A DNA stretch of 64,000 bases from an uncultured bacterium (GTDB lineage Bacteria > Fidelibacterota > Marinisomatia > Marinisomatales > UBA1611), in assembly GCA_943788175.1 (NCBI GenBank), contig CALSPG010000007.1, forward strand, positions 160,001 through 224,000. Reading direction: 5' to 3'. Numbering within the stretch: the stretch's first letter is position 1; every line of letters begins with the position of its first letter. The notes under the pieces are model-generated. The model ran no database searches and was not told the DNA's origin. It worked only from the letters and a program-made list of their open reading frames with translations. Shown piece by piece: positions 57,989 through 64,000 of this stretch. A program made the position numbers and the translations under genes.

Positions 57989-59316
57989 AGCTATTTATTC
58001 TTATAATTATTACCAATTTTATCTGGGCGCAATCATCAAAAGAATCAACTATTACAGTATACAAAGACGGTACTGCTTTAGTTAAGCAAGAAATAATTTG
58101 GGATGCCGTTTCAAAAGGGAAGACTAATTTGAGATATGGAGATATCCCAAAGAGTATCCACAAAGACACACCATTCATTAGCATCAAGAACGCTCAAGTT
58201 TTAAGTCAAAAACTTGTTGAAAAAACTTTTTCTTCCGATGAATATTTCTCGTCAAAAAAAGGTGATATAATAACGATTAAATTAAAAAATGAAAAAGCGG
58301 TTAGTGGAATTCTTCTCGAGCTAACAAACAAAATTTTGACTATTCAGATTAAAAACAGTTTGAGGCGCTTTAACAGGAATAATATTGAATACATTGAAAC
58401 CGGAGATATTGTGTCCAATCCAAATTTCTCTCCATATTTAGATTGGGAAGTAAAGAATAATAAGGCTGGAAACTTAAAAGCAAACTTAGTTTACAAGTTG
58501 AGTAATATATCTTGGAATGCGATTTATCGACTAACTACAAATGGTCAGACAAAAGGAGAATTAGTAGTTGAAGGTGTGATATCAAACAATTCGAGCAAAA
58601 ACTACATAAATACAAATGTAAACTTAGTAGAGGGGAAAATAAATAAAGTTAAGTCCATAAATAATAATAATTATGGCAAAATGGAAATGTCTCGAAGCTT
58701 ACCAAATAAAAACACTCCTGATGCCCTTGGAGATTATCATATTTATTCCGCGGGAAAAATTAAAAATTTTACAGCAAAAGAGAATTTAACCGTGGGTATA
58801 TATGGACCTTTGAATGTTAATTATGAAAAAAACTACGTATTTGAGAATTTTGAGAGGCAGCAAAAAGAAGAGCCGTTAAAAGTTGAGTATACTCTCTCAA
58901 ATACAGAAAAAGATGGCTTGGGCATTGTTTTGCCTGCTGGTAAAGTTGACATTTACACAAGCTCTAGTAAGGGAGGATTTGAATATATTGGTTCTGACCG
59001 CCTTGGGCAAGTGCCAAAAGGGGAGTCTTCTACAATTCAGGCCGGATATGCGTTTGATATTACGGGCAAGAGGAGGGTGCTAAATTATGATAGGCAAAGA
59101 AAAAGTGAAGAAGCTGTTATTGAAGTGTCTATAAATAATACATGGTCAGAAACTGCATCTGTAAAGATAATAGAGCATGTAAACGGAGATTGGGTTATAA
59201 AAGATCAATCACATGATTACATCAAGAAAGACGCTTCAACAATATATTTTTTAATAGATGTAAAGCCTGGTAAAAAAGAATTCATAACATACACTTATAG
59301 AAAAGAATGGAAATAG
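57985..59316 (+). CDS. DUF4139-family exported protein
   Basis: Signal peptide, ITVYKDGTALVK, ISWNAIY, GDYHIY, LGIVLPAG, GYAFDI. Confidence 0.75.
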   Translation: MKLFILIIITNFIWAQSSKESTITVYKDGTALVKQEIIWDAVSKGKTNLRYGDIPKSIHKDTPFISIKNAQVLSQKLVEKTFSSDEYFSSKKGDIITIKLKNEKAVSGILLELTNKILTIQIKNSLRRFNRNNIEYIETGDIVSNPNFSPYLDWEVKNNKAGNLKANLVYKLSNISWNAIYRLTTNGQTKGELVVEGVISNNSSKNYINTNVNLVEGKINKVKSINNNNYGKMEMSRSLPNKNTPDALGDYHIYSAGKIKNFTAKENLTVGIYGPLNVNYEKNYVFENFERQQKEEPLKVEYTLSNTEKDGLGIVLPAGKVDIYTSSSKGGFEYIGSDRLGQVPKGESSTIQAGYAFDITGKRRVLNYDRQRKSEEAVIEVSINNTWSETASVKIIEHVNGDWVIKDQSHDYIKKDASTIYFLIDVKPGKKEFITYTYRKEWK

Positions 59317-59334
59317 AACAGCTTTGCATAAAAG

Positions 59335-61431
59335 TTGTCACCTTCAATTAGGGTTATGAAAAGCTTTGATATTGAAGATACAATAACAAAGTTAAATCAA
59401 ATTAGCACCAAGCGTGCTGAAGTTTTACTTGACCATCAAGTTAAATCTATAAAAAATCTTTTATATTATTTCCCGAGAAAACATTTAGATCGAACTAATA
59501 TAACAAAAATAAAAGATATTGCTCCCGCTAATAAGTATAATATTGTGGGGACTGTTGAAACTCTTGGTGAAAAGCGAACAAGGTTTAAAAAAATTTATCA
59601 GGTTTTGATTTCTGATGGTACTGGTGTTATGACCTTAACTTGGTTTAATTCTTCAAAATACATAAAGAACTTAGTAAAAAAAGGAGACCTCATTGCTGTT
59701 CACGGTAAGGTAGATTGGTATAATGGGTTCTCAATTAGTCATCCTGAATTTGATATCCTCGATCAAAAAACAGACCCAGCAAGTACTGGTTCAATTATAC
59801 CTATTTATCCTTTAACAAATGAATTAAAAAGAGTGGGTGTTGAACAGCGTTTAATTAGAAAACTAATTTTACAGTCACTTGATAAAATTAGTTCGTTCAA
59901 TGAAATGTATGATGCTAAGATTTTGAAATCTCACAAATTAGTAAAAATTGGAGAAGCCTTAAATCAGTTGCATTTTCCTGATGATATAAATCAATTAAAG
60001 AGTGCTATTTACAGATTAAAGTTTGATGAGCACTTTATTTTGCAGGTCTTTTTGGCCTTAGTTAAAGAAAATATTAAACGCTCAGAAGCTAGGCCGTTTA
60101 AAGATATTGGTCCTTATTTCCAGATTATTCGCGATGGTTTAAAATTTGAACTAACTAGATCGCAAAAAAAAGTCATTGCTGAAATTCATGGAGATATGAA
60201 AAAAGGACATTCTATGAATCGGCTTTTGCAAGGAGATGTTGGCTCAGGGAAAACCATTGTTGCAATATTATCTTCTTCACTAGCTGTCGGTAATAGTGCG
60301 CAGGTTGCAATAATGGCACCAACAGAAATTTTAGCTGCTCAGCACTATAAATCATTCCAAGAAGAATTATCGGAAGCCAGAATAATATGTTGTCTACTTG
60401 TTGGGAAAATGAAGAAAAAAGATAGAAATAAAATTATTACAAATATAGAAAATGGAAAAATTTCTGTTGTCGTGGGCACTCATGCAATTATTCAAGATGA
60501 CGTAATTTTTAAAGACCTTGGTTTAGTTGTTATAGATGAGCAACATAGATTTGGGGTAGAACAAAGGAATAAACTTATTAATAAAGGATTGAACCCTCAT
60601 CTGTTATCAATGACAGCCACTCCAATACCAAGGACCCTTTCTATTACATATATGGGAGATATGGATTTATCAATTATTGATGAACTTCCAAAAAATAGAA
60701 TTCCAATAACTACAAAAATTATTGAACCTACTAGACTTCCTAAAGTTTATGCTTTTGCAAAAGATCAAATTGATTCTGGTCAGCAGTGTATGATCGTATA
60801 CCCTTTAATTGAAGAGTCAGAGAAAAGTGACTTAGCTGCAGCAGTTGAAATGTTTGAAAAACTTCAAAAAAGTACTTTTTCAAATTATAAAGTTGGATTA
60901 ATCCATGGAAAAATGAATGGTGAGGAAAAAAAAGAGGTTATGGGAAGGTTTAAGGAAAATAAAATTAACATCATCATCGCGACAACGGTTATTGAAGTGG
61001 GAATTGATGTGCCAAATGCAACAGTAATGCTTATAGAGCATGCTGAACGGTTTGGATTAACTCAACTACATCAATTGAGAGGCAGAGTAGGAAGAGGTAT
61101 AAAAAAAAGTTATTGTATACTTGTGAATAGAGGCACAAATGAACTCTCCGCAAAAAGGTTGAAAATAATGGAGAGTACCAATGATGGGTTTGAGATTGCT
61201 GATGAAGATTTGATTTTGAGAGGACCAGGTGACTATGTTGGTTTTAAACAAAGTGGGTTTGTAAAATATAAAATTGCGGATATGGTCAAGGATGGGCCCA
61301 TAATTAGAACCGCTAGAATTTTAGCTAAAAGTATTATTGAGTCCGACCCCATCCTAGAAAATCATGAGAATGTTAAGGCGAGAGTAATAGACGATTATAA
61401 AAACAATCTTCATTTAGTAAAATTAAATTAA
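59335..61431 (+). CDS. recG: ATP-dependent DNA helicase RecG (start TTG 59335 or ATG 59356)
   Basis: RLLQGDVGSGKT, MAPTEILA, IDEQHRFGV, MTATPIPRTL, QLHQLRGRVGRG, DLILRGPG. Confidence 0.97.
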   Translation: MSPSIRVMKSFDIEDTITKLNQISTKRAEVLLDHQVKSIKNLLYYFPRKHLDRTNITKIKDIAPANKYNIVGTVETLGEKRTRFKKIYQVLISDGTGVMTLTWFNSSKYIKNLVKKGDLIAVHGKVDWYNGFSISHPEFDILDQKTDPASTGSIIPIYPLTNELKRVGVEQRLIRKLILQSLDKISSFNEMYDAKILKSHKLVKIGEALNQLHFPDDINQLKSAIYRLKFDEHFILQVFLALVKENIKRSEARPFKDIGPYFQIIRDGLKFELTRSQKKVIAEIHGDMKKGHSMNRLLQGDVGSGKTIVAILSSSLAVGNSAQVAIMAPTEILAAQHYKSFQEELSEARIICCLLVGKMKKKDRNKIITNIENGKISVVVGTHAIIQDDVIFKDLGLVVIDEQHRFGVEQRNKLINKGLNPHLLSMTATPIPRTLSITYMGDMDLSIIDELPKNRIPITTKIIEPTRLPKVYAFAKDQIDSGQQCMIVYPLIEESEKSDLAAAVEMFEKLQKSTFSNYKVGLIHGKMNGEEKKEVMGRFKENKINIIIATTVIEVGIDVPNATVMLIEHAERFGLTQLHQLRGRVGRGIKKSYCILVNRGTNELSAKRLKIMESTNDGFEIADEDLILRGPGDYVGFKQSGFVKYKIADMVKDGPIIRTARILAKSIIESDPILENHENVKARVIDDYKNNLHLVKLN

Positions 61432-61506
61432 GTTTTTAATGTATTTTTTGTATTAATACTATCATATAAATTTGTCTTATCTTAAATAAACGGAATAAAT
61501 ATTAAA

Positions 61507-61827
61507 GTGAATAAAGAAATTTTATCAGAAAAGGAACAATTGTTTCTGTATTTAGTTGGAACTTTTCATTCGAGCGCTAGAATAGCGTTAGGTAAAAACG
61601 AAAACCCAATGACAAAATCAATAAATATAAATGTAGAACAGGCATCTTTTTATATTAACGTTCTTGATTTGATTCAAGAGAAAACCAAAGAAAATTTGAC
61701 TGACTATGAAGAGCAGATGCTAATTAACACGATTAGCGAATTGAAATTAAATTTAATTGATGAAAAGAAAAAAAATAAAAGCCCGAATGGACAAAAACAA
61801 AATAAAGAATCAAAAAAGGAAGACTAA
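61507..61827 (+). CDS. DUF1844-family protein
   Basis: ALGKNENP...A..YI..L.LIQEKTKENLT..EE.ML pattern. Confidence 0.75.
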   Translation: MNKEILSEKEQLFLYLVGTFHSSARIALGKNENPMTKSININVEQASFYINVLDLIQEKTKENLTDYEEQMLINTISELKLNLIDEKKKNKSPNGQKQNKESKKED

Positions 61828-61830
61828 GCT

Positions 61831-64000
61831 TTGTTAAAAAATGATTTTATTAAAATAAATAGATTAATCGCACTAGTTGTTTTCTTATTAACCTTCGTTG
61901 TTTATTTTGATACTATGGCTCCAACTGTCTCCTACTGGGATTGTGGTGAGTTCATTGCAGTTTCTCATACTTTAGGTGTGCCACATCCGCCTGGGAGTCC
62001 ATTTTTTCTGCTTTTGGGTCGTATTTTTTCTATGATTCCTTTTAATGATGATGTTGCTTTCCGTGTAAATATTATTTCCCCGCTCGTAAGTGCTTTAGCA
62101 GTGATGCTTCTGTATCTTTCAATTGTTAAAGTAGTGACTCATTGGCGAGGAAAAGTAAACAGCTCGATAGATAGTTTAATTGTTTTTGGTGGAGGTGTTT
62201 CTGGTGCCTTAGCGTTTGCATTTACTGATAGTCATTGGTTTAACGCAGTTGAAGCAGAAGTATATGCTTTTAGTACATTTTTTACCGCAATTGTTGTTTG
62301 GCTCATTCTTTTATGGAATGAAAAAGCAGATGAAAAAGGTCATGAAAGATATTTGCTTATCATTGCGTACATGATTGGTTTAGCTACAGGACTTCACTTA
62401 CTAAATTTATTAGCAATACCTTTTATTACTCTAATCGTTTATTTTAGAAAATATAAAGTTGAATGGAAATCTTTTGGAATTAATGTATTAATTACTGCCG
62501 TAATTTTTTTTGTTATCCACAATGGAATTATCAAAGGCTTACCTAAGATGGCCGCTGGTTTCTTGGGCGTATGGGGAACATCATTTTTGATTGGTTCTGT
62601 TTTTGCTCTAATGATTTGGGCTGTTTTGAATAAGCAACATTTAATTAGCATTGCCGCAACATCTATGGTGTTAGTATTAATTGGCTATTCTACATACTCA
62701 TTGATTTTTATTCGTTCTAATCAAGACCCCACGATTGATGAAAACGATCCAGAAACTGTCGAGGCAATGATATCATATCTTGAAAGAGAGCAATACGGTA
62801 GTGTTGGCCAGTTCCCAAGAAGATTTAAGGGGCTTCCTCAAATGTATGAAGTTGTTGGTCCTCCATCAAATAATGGAGATTACTCATCGAGGCAAAAATC
62901 TCAATACCGGAAGACTAATGTCAGCAAGCAATGGGATTTTTTCTGGAATTATCAGATAAAGAAAATGTACAACCGTTATTTTTTGTGGCAGTTTGCTGGG
63001 CGAGGGCCAGCTAGTGAAAGTGGCGTGACTCCTATGGGCGCTAATAGTCGGGAAGATGGCGTGGATTGGTCTCAATTTGGTATGCCCTTAGCCTTGTTAA
63101 TAGGTTTACTGGGAATGTTTTATCATGGAAGTAAGGATCAGCGTATGTCCTTTTCTGTGATGTCATTATTTTTATTAACCGGCTACGCAATAATTCTATA
63201 TTTAAATCAAGATGATCCTCAGCCAAGAGAAAGGGATTATTCTTATGTTGGTAGTTTCTTTGCATTTTCGATTTGGATAGGCGCTGGCGTGTCAGCGATT
63301 GGCGAATTTATTGAAAAGAAGATAGCAAATATAGATCTAAGAAAAAGAATGTTATCTATAACATTATTGTTAATAATAATATTCATGCCTGGAGTAATGA
63401 TGAGCGTTAATTATCATTCACATGATAGGTCTGGTAATTATGTAGCCTGGGATTATAGTTATAATATTTTACAATCAGTTGGGCCCAATGGTATATTATT
63501 CACCAATGGAGATAATGACACTTTTCCTTTATGGTATCTCCAGGAGGTGGAAAACATAAGGAAAGATGTAGCTGTGGTAAATCTTAGCCTTTTAAATACT
63601 CCTTGGTATATAAAACAGTGGAAAGAAGCAAGGTCTGCTGATACAAAGTTTATAAACCTTTCCGATAATCAAGTCGATGCTATCACTTCTAGGTTGCAGA
63701 GGTGGGAGGAGAAGAAGGTCCAGGTACCAGTTCAAAATGACCCTAAAAATGAAAAAGGTTTTATTGAATGGAATTTAAAACCTACTTTTGCTGGTCAGGC
63801 TCTAAGAGTTCAAGATATTATGATACTCAGAATTATTAAAGATGCAAATTGGAAGGTTCCTATTTATTTTGCTGTTACAGTATCTCAATCAAATAGAATA
63901 GGTTTAGACTCATATTTAGATATGCAAGGCTTGACCTTCCAGCTTAAAAGTCACAAAACAAAACCTGTCGATCAAGATATGATGTATAAAAACTTAATGA
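61831..64000 (+). CDS. DUF2723/TMEM260-like multi-TM glycosyltransferase (3'-partial; not in the ORF track)
   Basis: Frame appears open from TTG 61831 (AAGGAAG RBS) to the window end; APTVSYWDCGEFIA, GVPHPPGSP, WFNAVEAEVY, YLEREQYG, QPRERDYSYVGS, FTNGDNDTFPLWYLQEVE. Confidence 0.88.
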   Translation, partial: MLKNDFIKINRLIALVVFLLTFVVYFDTMAPTVSYWDCGEFIAVSHTLGVPHPPGSPFFLLLGRIFSMIPFNDDVAFRVNIISPLVSALAVMLLYLSIVKVVTHWRGKVNSSIDSLIVFGGGVSGALAFAFTDSHWFNAVEAEVYAFSTFFTAIVVWLILLWNEKADEKGHERYLLIIAYMIGLATGLHLLNLLAIPFITLIVYFRKYKVEWKSFGINVLITAVIFFVIHNGIIKGLPKMAAGFLGVWGTSFLIGSVFALMIWAVLNKQHLISIAATSMVLVLIGYSTYSLIFIRSNQDPTIDENDPETVEAMISYLEREQYGSVGQFPRRFKGLPQMYEVVGPPSNNGDYSSRQKSQYRKTNVSKQWDFFWNYQIKKMYNRYFLWQFAGRGPASESGVTPMGANSREDGVDWSQFGMPLALLIGLLGMFYHGSKDQRMSFSVMSLFLLTGYAIILYLNQDDPQPRERDYSYVGSFFAFSIWIGAGVSAIGEFIEKKIANIDLRKRMLSITLLLIIIFMPGVMMSVNYHSHDRSGNYVAWDYSYNILQSVGPNGILFTNGDNDTFPLWYLQEVENIRKDVAVVNLSLLNTPWYIKQWKEARSADTKFINLSDNQVDAITSRLQRWEEKKVQVPVQNDPKNEKGFIEWNLKPTFAGQALRVQDIMILRIIKDANWKVPIYFAVTVSQSNRIGLDSYLDMQGLTFQLKSHKTKPVDQDMMYKNLM

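Noticed and set aside
62439-63265. Three short minus-strand ORFs near the right end
   Set aside because: Antisense to the long DUF2723 frame, which the track omitted because it has no stop codon inside the window.
1-64000. tRNA, rRNA, tmRNA, IS elements, prophage, selenoprotein or recoded TGA
   Set aside because: None recognised by eye; TGA behaves as a normal stop at the ends of full-length genes. tRNAscan-SE or Infernal would be needed to exclude small RNAs formally.

Overview
A gene-dense, AT-rich (roughly one-third GC by eye) bacterial chromosome segment with about 55 protein genes, one RNase P RNA and very short intergenic spacers. I found no tRNA, rRNA, CRISPR array, integrase or transposase. 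The gene families (PorV-like barrel, DUF4159/DUF4175, DUF2723, DUF1844, Bacteroidetes-type GlmM) suggest a streamlined FCB-superphylum marine bacterium such as Ca. Marinimicrobia; this is inference, not proven. Housekeeping blocks: rplY-pth-hppA-rpsF-rpsR-rplI-priA, mutY, pepC, mtaB, gcvP, rnpB, pgpH-like-ybeY-mazG, envC-holB-metG-tatD-rsmA, rpsU, glmM, rlmD, valS, recG. Two real genes are missing from the supplied ORF track: a 50-aa [DEN]RR-repeat microprotein (19200-19352) and a DUF2723 glycosyltransferase that runs off the right end (61831->64000). The most unusual region is about 14.7-23.5 kb. It holds (i) a K+ channel paired with a stand-alone cNMP-binding protein, near a DUF2254-like protein, a TerB-like protein and the tandem RxxxR microprotein, and (ii) a PAS-domain/MenA-prenyltransferase fusion apparently co-transcribed with a CADD-type diiron pABA synthase, with a second heme-oxygenase-like diiron protein (DUF3050) nearby. 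Other candidates are an exported DUF4159-DUF4175-TPR-GATase-like operon, an HMA-MauE/barrel/LolCDE-like export operon, and a recurring loss of Zn and Fe-S ligands in housekeeping enzymes. All family calls come from recognising motifs by eye, without database searches.
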